Translations under genes and position numbers: made by a program
The notes under the pieces: model-generated
What the model was told of the DNA's origin: nothing
Seen by the model: only the letters and a program-made list of their open reading frames with translations
Databases searched by the model: none
IMG/VR virus record: IMGVR_UViG_2740892219_000010
Coordinates: 15,486 to 79,485 of that record
Length of the DNA: 64,000 nucleotides
Source: a virus
Taxonomy: Duplodnaviria; Heunggongvirae; Uroviricota; Caudoviricetes
Direction: 5' to 3' (one strand)
Shown: piece by piece, positions 1 through 10,130 of the stretch
Numbering within the stretch: the stretch's first letter is position 1
How the letters are laid out: each line of letters starts with the position of its first letter

Positions 1-763
1 GCCGCTCCATTACGCTGTAAAAAATGTTATCTCCGCGGGTTTGTCCGTCCTCGAGCGGCTCGAATATGTGAATGAATGCGTGTCTGCCGCTGCTGAGCTG
101 CGCCGGGATGCGCCGGCATTTACCAACTCCACCGAGGGGGTAGGTGTCCTCGGCTATCCAGTACCCAACCGCGGCCCCGTTTTTATCAATATCAACACCG
201 GCACGGCGAAATTGAGTGTCAGCTGTGTAACCGGGGTTTCTAATTCGTTTCGGTGAGACCATTTTGAATCGCGTCCGAAAAACGCTGCCGGCGCTGCTCT
301 CCCACACCGGTTGTACGCAGGTTTCACCGTTGAACGCGTGAGTGGCCACGCCTTCGCGGATCATCATTGTGAACGTCCGTTTCCGCTCGATATCAATCGT
401 GCAGTGAGGGTCCTCGGCGTATTCAGTCCACGCGACCTCAACGTCACGCGCCAGCGCCCTGGCGTCCTCGCGAGATATCCCGATGTAACGCCAGTTAGGG
501 CGATAACTCAACTTAAACAGATTGCCGACGATATGATCCTGATGCAGCTGCACGGCGTTCGACGCGACGCCGTTATTACGAACGAGATCGTCTGCTCGCG
601 CGTTACCGCGATAAAAATTAGGCAGCAGTGCCGCATCGGCGCTTTGCTGTGGTGCATTCCAGTCAATCAACTGGCCACCGAAGCCGGGACCGCCGCCGTT
701 ATACCCCGCGTAACGGCGTAGTGGCGTTTTACCGTCAGGCCCGAGCAGCTGCTGAGCAGTCAT
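1..763 (-). CDS. B: Lambda-like portal protein (gpB homologue), N-terminal part; gene continues beyond window start
   Basis: Minus-strand frame opens at ATG 763-761 and stays open to position 1 (not in the ORF track because it is truncated). Translation MTAQQLLGPDGKTPLRRYAGYNGGGPGFGGQLIDWN...HQDHIVG closely resembles recalled lambda gpB N-terminus. ATGA overlap with the upstream W-like gene. Confidence 0.8.
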   Translation of the reverse strand, partial: MTAQQLLGPDGKTPLRRYAGYNGGGPGFGGQLIDWNAPQQSADAALLPNFYRGNARADDLVRNNGVASNAVQLHQDHIVGNLFKLSYRPNWRYIGISREDARALARDVEVAWTEYAEDPHCTIDIERKRTFTMMIREGVATHAFNGETCVQPVWESSAGSVFRTRFKMVSPKRIRNPGYTADTQFRRAGVDIDKNGAAVGYWIAEDTYPLGGVGKCRRIPAQLSSGRHAFIHIFEPLEDGQTRGDNIFYSVMER

Positions 764-993
764 AATCGAACTCCCACGGGACGGCGGCGTCCCGTACTCA
801 GACCGAGCTGTGATTTCAGCTCGATAATGTACGTTCGGAGCTGTTCAATACTAGCCTGGGAGTACTGATAGCTCCGGTTATTTCCCGCTGAATCGCCGTG
901 AGACAGCGATACAGTCGATCTACCCGTTAATAATTTGTGCAGGGCAATTTCAGCTTCCAGTAGCCGTTCTGTTAAAACCTCGCGCGACGTCAT
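760..993 (-). CDS. W: Head-tail joining protein, lambda gpW-like
   Basis: 77 aa, between terminase large subunit and portal as in lambda; resembles recalled lambda W (LTG..TGRRRP..V). Confidence 0.6.
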   Translation of the reverse strand: MTSREVLTERLLEAEIALHKLLTGRSTVSLSHGDSAGNNRSYQYSQASIEQLRTYIIELKSQLGLSTGRRRPVGVRL

Positions 994-2954
994 GAGCTCC
1001 CTCCGAGCATTCTGGCCATCTCCTCGAGAGACAGTTTGTTTTGTGATTTTTTCCGTTGCTCAGCGAGCGTCTCGAGATTGAGCTGGAAACGAATTTTACT
1101 GATACGTAGCGCCGCCAGCGCGTATACCCAGCAGTCGAGCGCTTCATTTCGCCGGCCCTGGTTGTCCCAGCGATAAACGACGCGACCGTTAATCAGTTTC
1201 GGAATCAAAACTTCAGAGACGAGCTGTTTTGCCTCTGTCGTGCCGAATATTTCGTCGTCGTTGGGAAAATGAATCGCACCTGGTGTCGCCGATTTAGAAT
1301 CGGGTTCCAGCGGCAGGCGCATTGCGAGCAAATCTTTTGCCGTATCAGTACCGATTAACGACAAATAGACTTTATTCGCGTTACGTGTACGCGGCATATT
1401 TACGACTGGCTGACCGTATGAGCTCGCACCTTTAATTGGAATAACCCACAGCGGACCGAGTTTCAGCGAGCGGTTATAAACGACCTGCGCATCTATACCA
1501 CCGGTATCCCACGCCCAGCGACTGACGCCGATTGTGGTTCCGTCGCTGCGTCGGTATTGTTTGCGAATCACACCGTCGACGCGCTGCAGCGTGTCCTCCT
1601 CGTCGTAGCGACCGAGAACGATGGTTTTATCAATCAACCAGCACTCTTCCTCGGCTCCCCAGCCCCATACGTAACACTCGTAGCGCCCGGACGTCTGAGA
1701 GTCGATGCCACCGGTCAGATAGACAACACCGTCAGGAACCTGGCTGGCGTATTTTTCCCGGCGATTAACGAGAATATCGTGCTCCAGCTGCTCGCTGGCT
1801 ACGTCGCTCCAGAGTTCGCCGAGCGTCGTGTTATGAAACGTCTTCTCCTTGAGCGGGTCGCCTTTCGCTTTCAGCCACTCGCTGACAATCTCGCCCCAGC
1901 CGTCGAGATTCAGTGAATACAGGGCGTTTATCACGATCGCAGCGTGTTTCGGTGCGCGAACGACGCCTCCGTCATGATCAAAAAAATGAATGCCGTCCCG
2001 GGTCCAGGTGCAGTCCTCGGCTATCCAGCGCCCTCCGAGCTCCATTTTTTCGAGGTCGCGATAGTAAAAATGCTCCGGGCAGTGGCAGCACTGGTAATAC
2101 GCGGACGACGATTTCGCCTCATTGGTCTGTAAGCTGTTATCCCATTTGAGGCCGTATTCGATACCGTCGAGACCAAATACCAGGGTCTGCTCCTCGCTAC
2201 AATGCGGACACTTCAGGTAAAAACGAAATGTCAGATCAGCAGCGTCTTCCAACATTTCTATATGGCTTTTGCCGGTAACGGTCGGCGTCGAACCGAAAAT
2301 TGCTTTTGGGTACGCTGCACCTTTAATTCGAACGAGCGCCAGCTCGATGGGCGAGCCCTCGCCCTTGCCTTTTTTTGCAACCTCCAGCGGCCAGCCGTCG
2401 ACTTCGTCACCCTCGACAACCTGTTTCGTCAGTCGCCGGAAATTTCCTGGTGTACTCGCGCCACGAAAATCGATAATCGCCCCGTTCATCTCTTTACGCT
2501 GGAGATTGTTACGCTCGTTGCTTTTATCCCAGTCGGGGAAAATTTTCTGAATCACCGGCATTTCGGCGATAGCGGGGTCAACCTCGTCGGCGACAAATCC
2601 ATCCGATTCGTCATCGATAGGCTGATAGACCACGGCACTACGTTTTTTGTGCTCAGCGAAATAGAGCAGCGCCGCGACGAGTATTTTTGTATAACCGAGA
2701 CGAGCTGATTTGCGAACAGACACTATTTTTATCGCGTCGTTTGTCATCATATTCAACATCACAATCTGGACCGGCTGAGTCGTCCAGTGACCCGCAATAT
2801 GGCTGGAGCCTTCGGGGAGGTAAAAATATTTATCAGCCCACTCAACCCCCGTCATCGGTATCGTCACGCGCAAGGGATTCAACCCTGTCGAGATCGCGTT
2901 CGATATCGCTGACATCGTAATCGCTGAAGTCGACTCGTATGTCTGCCAGTTCAT
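990..2954 (-). CDS. A: Terminase large subunit, lambda gpA family
   Basis: 654 aa; motifs VEWADKYFYLPEGS, KSARLGYTK, YLTGGIDSQ, VIPIKGAS, EALDCWVYALAALRIS match recalled lambda gpA. Confidence 0.9.
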   Translation of the reverse strand: MNWQTYESTSAITMSAISNAISTGLNPLRVTIPMTGVEWADKYFYLPEGSSHIAGHWTTQPVQIVMLNMMTNDAIKIVSVRKSARLGYTKILVAALLYFAEHKKRSAVVYQPIDDESDGFVADEVDPAIAEMPVIQKIFPDWDKSNERNNLQRKEMNGAIIDFRGASTPGNFRRLTKQVVEGDEVDGWPLEVAKKGKGEGSPIELALVRIKGAAYPKAIFGSTPTVTGKSHIEMLEDAADLTFRFYLKCPHCSEEQTLVFGLDGIEYGLKWDNSLQTNEAKSSSAYYQCCHCPEHFYYRDLEKMELGGRWIAEDCTWTRDGIHFFDHDGGVVRAPKHAAIVINALYSLNLDGWGEIVSEWLKAKGDPLKEKTFHNTTLGELWSDVASEQLEHDILVNRREKYASQVPDGVVYLTGGIDSQTSGRYECYVWGWGAEEECWLIDKTIVLGRYDEEDTLQRVDGVIRKQYRRSDGTTIGVSRWAWDTGGIDAQVVYNRSLKLGPLWVIPIKGASSYGQPVVNMPRTRNANKVYLSLIGTDTAKDLLAMRLPLEPDSKSATPGAIHFPNDDEIFGTTEAKQLVSEVLIPKLINGRVVYRWDNQGRRNEALDCWVYALAALRISKIRFQLNLETLAEQRKKSQNKLSLEEMARMLGGSS

Positions 2955-3408
2955 TCAGGGCTATCGCCAGCTCCTCTCGTAATACACTGCTCGCCTCCTG
3001 CGGCATTTCAGGCCACACCTTTTTCAATCGTGGTGGCCACGACTCGACGCGGGTACGTAATTCAACGGCGACGCGAGATACAGCTACGCTGATTAATTCA
3101 ATTGGCGCGTAGCGTTTAGCAAGAATGCGACGTTTTACTCGTGCCATCAGGATTCGCTCCTGTCGTTCCTCATTTTTCAGCCACTGCTCGCGATTTTTTT
3201 CGGGAGAATTGTCCCCCACTTCCGGTTCGTCAGTACCAATTGTGTCGCGTCTATTACTCCGGAGATAATGAATATAAAAATGGCGCCAGGCATCAAGGTC
3301 CCAATCGCCACGTCCCTGTGGGACTGGAGCTCCCGGAAGTTTTGCAAGATCGCGCAGACGACGATCAGATAGCAGTAAATGTGCTGCGACCTCAGCCTGA
3401 CTTGCCAT
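2842..3408 (-). CDS. Putative terminase small subunit (Nu1 position)
   Basis: 188 aa ORF immediately upstream of and overlapping terL; assigned by position, sequence similarity to Nu1 weak. Confidence 0.45.
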   Translation of the reverse strand: MASQAEVAAHLLLSDRRLRDLAKLPGAPVPQGRGDWDLDAWRHFYIHYLRSNRRDTIGTDEPEVGDNSPEKNREQWLKNEERQERILMARVKRRILAKRYAPIELISVAVSRVAVELRTRVESWPPRLKKVWPEMPQEASSVLREELAIALNELADIRVDFSDYDVSDIERDLDRVESLARDDTDDGG

Positions 3409-3459
3409 TAAAAATCCTCACCGGAACCGGAAATACCCAAAATGAAAAAATACTAAAAA

Positions 3460-3520
3460 TGAGTGAGTTTTTGCGCGTCTACCGACCCTCGGTGTTTTGG
3501 ATTTCGGAAAGGACCCGCGA
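3460..3520. other. Putative lambdoid cos region (cosQ-like GGGTCCT motif)
   Basis: cggaaaggacccg at 3505-3517 is the reverse complement of the lambda right-end motif containing cosQ; sits just upstream of the terS-like gene, where cos is expected. Confidence 0.3.
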
Positions 3521-3760
3521 CCAGGGGGCTATCTCCCTTTCAGGACAGGAATCGGGGGCTCGCATCAGGTTCATCAAACTCGACTGTAGCCTCGCGACGT
3601 ACTTATTTGCATACCTCAGCTTTGTGTATCTGATTATCAGCATAAACTTTCACTTTGGCAGCGAGCCATCCTTTTGCGCTGTATCGATAGGCTACCGAAC
3701 AAGTTTTCGATATATGTATATATCTTGAACTTATTGATATCCTTACAGAAAAAAACAGCC

Positions 3761-4021
3761 ATGAGCACACAAAAAATGAACAGAGAAAAAACTGAAGCCT
3801 TAATGAGCGTAATATTAAAAGAAGCTGACCCAAAAAAGTTTCCTGAGAAGTTATCAGAGGACGCCATCGTATCTTTTTATCGTGCGAACTCCTCTTATCT
3901 AAATTGTTCAACTTTACGAGAATGGTTAAGCGGCGAAGCAGAGCCTTCAGATGAGATACTTCAGGAGATTATGGTTCAGAACAACTGGCGCGCAACTAAA
4001 TGGTCAAATCGGTTACCTTAA
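3761..4021 (+). CDS. Hypothetical protein (moron between cos and lysis genes)
   Basis: ATG at 3761 in the frame of track ORF 3674-4021; AT-rich, opposite strand to the phage late operon. Confidence 0.4.
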   Translation: MSTQKMNREKTEALMSVILKEADPKKFPEKLSEDAIVSFYRANSSYLNCSTLREWLSGEAEPSDEILQEIMVQNNWRATKWSNRLP

Positions 4022-4306
4022 CCTGTTGAATGTGTGCCGCCTTAAAACTAAAAGGCGGCCTCTCGTTTAAGTAAAGCGTCTCTTTCATCAGCCACCAGCT
4101 CTTTGGCACATTGCGCAGTTGTTTTTTATACGTCGGCGAGCTGTTGCGAAGCTCAGTCCCTGCGCGTCACACCATTCTTTCGGTGATACACATGATTTGA
4201 CGTACTCGGACAGGAACCGCTTCTGAAGCTCAAGCCCAGTCCCGGTTTGCCATTTGGAATTTTTCATTAACTTGTTATTCTTAAATCAATTCTCTGGAGG
4301 CTAAAA

Positions 4307-4777
4307 ATGAATGAACTGGTTTTGACAATACTCAAACTCGCAGCAACAACTGCTACCTCGAATATCATTGGTTTTGACGTTAGAGATATTAGTGTTCGCG
4401 ATACCAGAAATCCTACATTCCCAGTAGAGAGCGAAGAGATTACAGCTGAGGCTCTACATTCCTATTCAAAAATCGAGCAAGAACTTGCCATCGCCAGACG
4501 CACTTTAATCTCTGAAACTGTCGAAATAGAAGAATATTACGGCAACTCGCTGAAGGGCGACGTAGGCGCGAAAGTTAGCGCTACCGATGTCGGTCTGGCA
4601 GCAAGCGCTGAAAAAGGAAAAGTTACGAAACGCATTATCAAATTCACTGGATTTAACTCTGAAACCGAATCAATACTTAATGCAATGGAAGCATCTCTCC
4701 TTTCGAAGTTGAAAGCTGAGCTTTCTGCCAAGAAAGATAGCGAAGCAGCAGAGTCGAGCATTATCGTCAAAGAATAA
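4307..4777 (+). CDS. Hypothetical protein (moron)
   Basis: 156 aa ORF with RBS ggagg upstream, followed by a hairpin terminator; no recognisable domain. Confidence 0.5.
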   Translation: MNELVLTILKLAATTATSNIIGFDVRDISVRDTRNPTFPVESEEITAEALHSYSKIEQELAIARRTLISETVEIEEYYGNSLKGDVGAKVSATDVGLAASAEKGKVTKRIIKFTGFNSETESILNAMEASLLSKLKAELSAKKDSEAAESSIIVKE

Positions 4778-4820
4778 TGATAAATGCCATTACTATATGT
4801 CTTCCCATGGTGATGGCAAT

Positions 4821-4846
4821 AAAAACCGCCCATAGGCGGTTTGATT
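4821..4846. terminator. Putative bidirectional intrinsic terminator
   Basis: aaaaaccgcc-cata-ggcggtttgattt: 7-bp GC stem flanked by an A-run and a T-rich tail, between convergent ORFs. Confidence 0.5.
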
Positions 4847-4850
4847 TCAC

Positions 4851-5099
4851 TTAGCAATCGACCAGATAGTCGTCTATATTTGATACACTTGCATAATTGC
4901 GGTCATCTGGTAATGGAAACAATGGATCATAAATAACCCATTGCGCCTCAGACATTCCATCCTGGCCTTGCTCGTTCTTACAAGAGCGCAGTTTATAGTG
5001 AATAATTTTTTCTACGTTGCTATATTCATTTCTTGCATAAATCTCATACTTATTATTACCTGGCAATAGCAATGTCTTAACAAGTTTTAACTTAGGCAT
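4851..5099 (-). CDS. Hypothetical protein
   Basis: 82 aa ORF, AT-rich, downstream of the lysis cassette. Confidence 0.35.
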   Translation of the reverse strand: MPKLKLVKTLLLPGNNKYEIYARNEYSNVEKIIHYKLRSCKNEQGQDGMSEAQWVIYDPLFPLPDDRNYASVSNIDDYLVDC

Positions 5100-5200
5100 A
5101 ATATTTCATTATGTCACATTAGTGAACCATATAGTTTTTCTATAATGCCAACTCGTAAACCTAATTCAAGGTACTTAATACCGAAAACAGCAAGTTACAA

Positions 5201-5392
5201 TCACTTTGCCTGGCAAGCCGTTACGACACCGGTTGAATCAATACAACCACCGTTCGCAGTAGTAATCTTCGTACCCGGCGCGATCATCACGTGTTTAATG
5301 CTGCTGCCGTCAGCGCGAGTCGCTTCGGTGTATGTCGAATGTGTACATCCTGCCAGCGTGAAGAACGCGACAGCTAAGAGAAGTTTTTTCAC
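5201..5392 (-). CDS. Small lipoprotein, possible lysis accessory (spanin-like)
   Basis: 63 aa with signal peptide and lipobox LAGC, immediately downstream of the endolysin. Confidence 0.45.
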   Translation of the reverse strand: MKKLLLAVAFFTLAGCTHSTYTEATRADGSSIKHVMIAPGTKITTANGGCIDSTGVVTACQAK

Positions 5393-5399
5393 GTTTTAC

Positions 5400-5879
5400 C
5401 TACGCTTCTGAGATAGATTTCTCAGCATTCACGAATGGAAGTGATTGTGGAACATCCGTTTGACCTGCTGGCCAGCGATAGCCGGTAACGCGTGAGCTCG
5501 GAAAAGCTTTGATATTTACTTCATCTGCCTGGTTACCCCCCAAAATCATTAAATCCCCGGCGGCATTTTTCCCGACAACAAAGCCAACGTGGCCACCGCC
5601 AGACCGGGACAGAATAGCAATGCATCCATAGGCGGGTTCCTTCAGTTCATTACCCCAATCGAGATAAGAATTCGCAGACTCAAAACGCGTTGAGCGAATA
5701 CCCGCACGTTCCAGCATTGCCCCGGTGAAAGCAGCGCACCACGGGGTTTCATCATCCTTAATGCCGCCGCGTTTGATATCTTTCCAGTACTGCACAATTT
5801 CTGCAGCATGTTGCTTCCCTTTCATTTCCCGAATGCCGAGATTTTTTCGTGCCTCAATTAGCCATTTAGGATCGGTCAT
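5400..5879 (-). CDS. Endolysin, CHAP / NlpC-P60-like peptidase (TIGR02594-like)
   Basis: 159 aa with candidate catalytic Cys (PWCAAFTG) and His (GGGHVGFVVG); follows two small membrane proteins. Confidence 0.65.
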   Translation of the reverse strand: MTDPKWLIEARKNLGIREMKGKQHAAEIVQYWKDIKRGGIKDDETPWCAAFTGAMLERAGIRSTRFESANSYLDWGNELKEPAYGCIAILSRSGGGHVGFVVGKNAAGDLMILGGNQADEVNIKAFPSSRVTGYRWPAGQTDVPQSLPFVNAEKSISEA

Positions 5880-6151
5880 TACCTGTCTCCTGTTATTTTT
5901 GAAATATTCCCTCGTGCCCGCCAGACAGCAATACAGATGGTGAGATTGAGAAAGAACTCTGCGGGATCAACCTGCGTATATTTTCCGTATAAAATTCGTA
6001 GGGCTATCCAAGCAGCAGACAGAATCGCCAGGTAAGCAGTTAGTGAGATAAAAAAACGATAGCGGCCTGTTTTTTGAAAAAACATCAACCGTAGTGCCAA
6101 CATCAGACAGATAATTGCATTGGCATTGATGAGGACAGAGTGCAGGGTCAT
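5879..6151 (-). CDS. Holin-like small membrane protein
   Basis: 90 aa, hydrophobic segments, ATGA-coupled to the endolysin. Confidence 0.5.
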   Translation of the reverse strand: MTLHSVLINANAIICLMLALRLMFFQKTGRYRFFISLTAYLAILSAAWIALRILYGKYTQVDPAEFFLNLTICIAVWRARGNISKITGDR

Positions 6152-6534
6152 TATTTCATCCCCTTATCTGATTTCCATAAACGAGCTTGTGACATGATCC
6201 GCAACAGTGATGTAACGCTGATTACTGATGCAACCAGTGCACCAATGGCGGGAGATACTTTTACTGTTATGGGTGGGTTCAGGTGACTCAGCGCCGCATT
6301 CAGAATACCGGTAATGATGGCTGATGCTGTTTCAGCGCAATACACACCACCAACAAACGAAATGAGTGCGAAAATAACCTGCTTCCAGAATCGATGCTGC
6401 CCGGACGACAACACATAGAGAGCTGCGCCTGCCAGCGCACAGATCATCACTGCAGGTGTTGCCTCAGGAAATAACGCAGCAAACGTCACCCCCGCCGAGC
6501 CAGCAGCAACGCCAGCGGTTAGAGGTTCAGACAT
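6151..6534 (-). CDS. Holin-like membrane protein
   Basis: 127 aa, multiple hydrophobic helices, first gene of the lysis cassette downstream of the Q-like gene. Confidence 0.5.
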   Translation of the reverse strand: MSEPLTAGVAAGSAGVTFAALFPEATPAVMICALAGAALYVLSSGQHRFWKQVIFALISFVGGVYCAETASAIITGILNAALSHLNPPITVKVSPAIGALVASVISVTSLLRIMSQARLWKSDKGMK

Positions 6535-6646
6535 GATTTTTCCTGATTCAGAAACGACAAAACCCCGCCGTGGCGAGGTTCTTAGGGATTTGGCAACATA
6601 CCAAATTAGCGTTAAATATGGCCTATTTTGTTCGGTTTTGCAAGTA

Positions 6647-7318
6647 TTATACGCAAACGTCGTCTAAATGGTTCTGATAATGATGCAAAGTTGCAAGAAG
6701 TGCCATTTCATCAAGTGCTCTCACCGCCTCTTTCATTCCTGCCCAGTGCGGGGAGTATGTTTCGCACCAGGTGGAACGAGAAACAGAAAGCATTACAGCT
6801 AGCGCAGATCCGGCCATCTCCTTAAAATCCTCGCGTTTATTTGCTGCTGCAACCGCCTGCACGGACAACCACACCAACGAAAGCAGGCGCTTAACTACTT
6901 TTCTCTGAGTTGACGCGGGGATGTGTCCTTTATAGCGACTCCAGACAGCCTCACAAATAGCTGTTTGGTGTTTGAACGCCAGGTTACCACCGTAGCAATA
7001 ACGCAACCACGCTTGCTGACTTGCATCCAGCGAGTTCACAGAACGCCGCCAGGATGAATCAGCAAATTCAAAATCATTCATCGGCGGCGCGGGGCGACGT
7101 CTGCTGAAACTTTCCAGAGCGTAAACTGGCGTAACCAGAGCATCAACGGTCCGGTCCTCCAGTTGCACACGGTGAATATGTTTGCGTGGGTATGCGTTTT
7201 TGTCTGCCGGTGGGTGCTCACACAATGCTTCCAGCTGCCCCTTAGAACCACCAGACAAATCCCGCAATGCAGCGCGCAGTTTTATGCGGGTATATTCCAA
7301 TAAATACTCGTTACTCAT
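6647..7318 (-). CDS. Putative late-gene antiterminator (Q position)
   Basis: 223 aa ORF between nin-type genes and the lysis cassette; assigned by synteny only. Confidence 0.4.
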   Translation of the reverse strand: MSNEYLLEYTRIKLRAALRDLSGGSKGQLEALCEHPPADKNAYPRKHIHRVQLEDRTVDALVTPVYALESFSRRRPAPPMNDFEFADSSWRRSVNSLDASQQAWLRYCYGGNLAFKHQTAICEAVWSRYKGHIPASTQRKVVKRLLSLVWLSVQAVAAANKREDFKEMAGSALAVMLSVSRSTWCETYSPHWAGMKEAVRALDEMALLATLHHYQNHLDDVCV

Positions 7319-7611
7319 CAGATAAACTCCTCATCGCGCCAGATAGCCAGTGTTCTGAAAACTCCCTCAGCGTGCATCAACAACAATGAGTCGTACTCGT
7401 AATCCGTTTTTGTACGTCCGTCGATGGCATCGTGACACGCACTGCAGGCGATAGCGCCCTGCATATCGTGAGGTTTGATGGCTGTGCCGCACGTTCCGGC
7501 GAGACGATAATGAGCCAGTACGCTGGTTTCAGGATTGTGATTGCACACACCGGGGATACGCACAGTACAAGCGCGACTGCGTGCAGCTTTTCTCAGGTCG
7601 ATTTTTTTCAT
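7318..7611 (-). CDS. YbcO-like protein (DUF1364), putative nuclease
   Basis: 97 aa; RKAARSRACTVRIPGVCNHNPETSVLAHYR and CSACHD closely match recalled E. coli DLP12 YbcO. Confidence 0.7.
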   Translation of the reverse strand: MKKIDLRKAARSRACTVRIPGVCNHNPETSVLAHYRLAGTCGTAIKPHDMQGAIACSACHDAIDGRTKTDYEYDSLLLMHAEGVFRTLAIWRDEEFI

Positions 7612-8204
7612 GATGTGTAATCCAGCAGCTGCGCGGCGGCATTTTCAGCGGCCTCCTGAGAGGCAAATGTGCGGAACAAAATATAATTCCACAGCACATC
7701 TAAAACGGCTGAATACAGTTGACCGAACTCAAGATCGTCCATCGCTGCAAACGAGATTGAACGAGGTACGCGCATCAAACTGCCGTCTGGCATCTGATGA
7801 ACGTCATAAAACCCAGCTTCCATAATCGCCCATGCGCGAAACGCCTCGAACGACTTCACCGCACTGATACTCCCCGCGCGCTTTTCCGACTCATCGAGAA
7901 GATACTGATCAGCCAGCTCTGCCATGACATCACCGTGTCCACCGTAATACGCCAGTAACTTAACGTAGCCGTGAACCAGTTCGCGCTCCGCAGGAGAAAT
8001 AGCCCCTCCGGACGGATGCCAGTAATCAAAGCCCAGGTTGAGAAGTGAGAAAAATTTACGATGAAACGCGGGATTACGCGCCTGTTTGAAATCTGCATAC
8101 ACAACAGCACCTGGTTTGACTCGTTCAGTCAACCAGCGTTGCGTGTCTGGTGTCGCGGGTATTAGCGAACCGCCGGATACCCTGATAAATGAATGCTGCG
8201 CCAT
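7608..8204 (-). CDS. Conserved lambdoid nin-region protein (DUF1367-like)
   Basis: 198 aa ORF overlapping the YbcO-like gene start; family name from memory. Confidence 0.45.
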   Translation of the reverse strand: MAQHSFIRVSGGSLIPATPDTQRWLTERVKPGAVVYADFKQARNPAFHRKFFSLLNLGFDYWHPSGGAISPAERELVHGYVKLLAYYGGHGDVMAELADQYLLDESEKRAGSISAVKSFEAFRAWAIMEAGFYDVHQMPDGSLMRVPRSISFAAMDDLEFGQLYSAVLDVLWNYILFRTFASQEAAENAAAQLLDYTS

Positions 8205-8288
8205 GGTTAACTCCAGGTGGCGCGGCAGTGTTCAGAAAATGGTGCCGGGTGTTCAATCCAGCACCGATATTATACCGTGTTTTACGCG

Positions 8289-8483
8289 TCAGGGGGGTGT
8301 AATAGTATATCCAGCTATTTCTGCCAACTCGAGAAACGCCATCAGGCTGGCAATCCGCTCATCATCGGTCAGAACACGCACACCAACGATGTGTCCGTCC
8401 TTACGCTTGATAACAGCCCGGCATGTTTCCGGTAGTTCGCCTATAGATTCTTGAATATTCATGTCTTCCCCCCAATGCCACAA
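8289..8483 (-). CDS. Hypothetical small protein
   Basis: 64 aa ORF in the early-right operon direction. Confidence 0.3.
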   Translation of the reverse strand: MWHWGEDMNIQESIGELPETCRAVIKRKDGHIVGVRVLTDDERIASLMAFLELAEIAGYTITPP

Positions 8484-8613
8484 CCTGTATATTTATACAG
8501 TATTTTATGGCATTTGTCATAACGCCAAATACAATGAGGGAATAATGAACAATTATATTCACGTCGTGAATTTTATTAAACGGTTTTATAGGGGATTAAA
8601 CCGTTTATGGTCA

Positions 8614-9291
8614 TTATTTATCACTCCTGTAAATTGGAATTAACCATTTTCTAATCGTCGACGCTGCAGGTGGGTCAGAGTATTTCGCCACAAAAATACC
8701 GGATATGTATTGCACGCCACGCGATAATGGCGCTGTCGGGTTTTCAGTAAAAAAACGATCAGCCAGTTCAATGGCTTCGCTTTTTAATCTGTGCTGTGGT
8801 CGTCCTCCGCCCTTTGTTCCCAAGTATCGCGCCAGTTGTTTGAAACGGTAGGCGATGATTAACGGTCGCATCATCATATTGAAAAAATCGCGGGCATCGT
8901 TGTCAGCGCCTTGCGCTATCAACAGTGCAAAAAACAGATACGGGATTATGTACACTTCAGGAGATATACGAACCCGTTCACAAGTTGGTGGAGCCAACTC
9001 AATAAGTAAGTCAGCCAGCGGATTCCCCTTTTCTCCACGTTTGTAATAGCGATACAGCGGCCCGATATCAAGTTCACTCACGTCGATTTCAGGATGCCCG
9101 GCAACGACTGTACGTATCTCTTCTGCCAGAGCGTCAAATATTGCCCCGGTCCGTTCAAGATAGAGCCTCCGGGTCGAACCGCGATCATCCAACGCCCGTA
9201 ACATATCTAACCGGCTAACGAAAGTTTCAGGCCAGTCCTCATAGAAGGTTTTCATAATTACCTCGAATAATAAAAACTGCACTATTTGCAC
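8614..9291 (-). CDS. Hypothetical protein
   Basis: 225 aa ORF (possible internal start at MKTFYEDW, 9255); no recognised motif. Confidence 0.45.
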   Translation of the reverse strand: MQIVQFLLFEVIMKTFYEDWPETFVSRLDMLRALDDRGSTRRLYLERTGAIFDALAEEIRTVVAGHPEIDVSELDIGPLYRYYKRGEKGNPLADLLIELAPPTCERVRISPEVYIIPYLFFALLIAQGADNDARDFFNMMMRPLIIAYRFKQLARYLGTKGGGRPQHRLKSEAIELADRFFTENPTAPLSRGVQYISGIFVAKYSDPPAASTIRKWLIPIYRSDK

Positions 9292-9498
9292 AATTTATTA
9301 TTCGTTTTCACGCCGCTGAGTTCTATAAAAAAGAAAAAACCTCCGAGGCAGGGTTTTGTTATGGCTCGTTAAATCATCATCCAACTTTTTAGACTGAACG
9401 GTGATACTTGCAAATATTTGAAAATATGGGCTGGAACCCTATCTTATGATGTGCCTGGTAATTTATATTGTTGGGTCTTTATATCATGAGGAATCACT

Positions 9499-9732
9499 AT
9501 GGGTACGTTAGGCAACCAGCCGTGCAGAAGTCGTTATGAGTTCGATGATTTTAATTTAGCCAATCGAGCTGCGGCTCTTACTAAGTTAGCAAAAGAAACT
9601 GGTGTATCGGTGGATACCTTAATCAAACTTGAAATTGCTATGCAACTGAATCGGCTCAACTCCATCCTTATCGAAAACGGTGACAAGATGGACGAGAATC
9701 TGGCAGGTATTGGCGAGATACTGCAGAAGTGA
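9499..9732 (+). CDS. Hypothetical small protein, first gene of a plus-strand cargo block
   Basis: 77 aa with RBS gagga; could be the regulatory partner of the downstream ImmA/IrrE-like peptidase. Confidence 0.4.
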   Translation: MGTLGNQPCRSRYEFDDFNLANRAAALTKLAKETGVSVDTLIKLEIAMQLNRLNSILIENGDKMDENLAGIGEILQK

Positions 9733-10130
9733 GAGTAGCCCCTCTTCTGAGGGGTTGCACATTTAAAATATTAAGGGCGGTCTTCTTCACGTACACAGTC
9801 ACCTGGTCGAATCGTTCACGCATACTGAGTACAAAAAATCTCAACGATAAGATCAGGTTAGACCTGTATTTTTCAGAAACATATGGACGCCTAAAAAAAC
9901 ACTAAACTCATGATTATCATGTATGTTTTTACTGGAAACATTGAACCATCCACAATACAGCGTAAAAAGCAAGCAATTCACAAGATTTTAAAGTGATTTA
10001 TCTGGAAGACTTTACTACTAACAGTTAATATCGTACCAGAAGTGCAGAATTTGCACTTTTACAGGAATGTGGTACGGAACATGCTGTCTATATTTCAACC
10101 AATAATCGTAATGCAGTAACTGGAGGAGCT

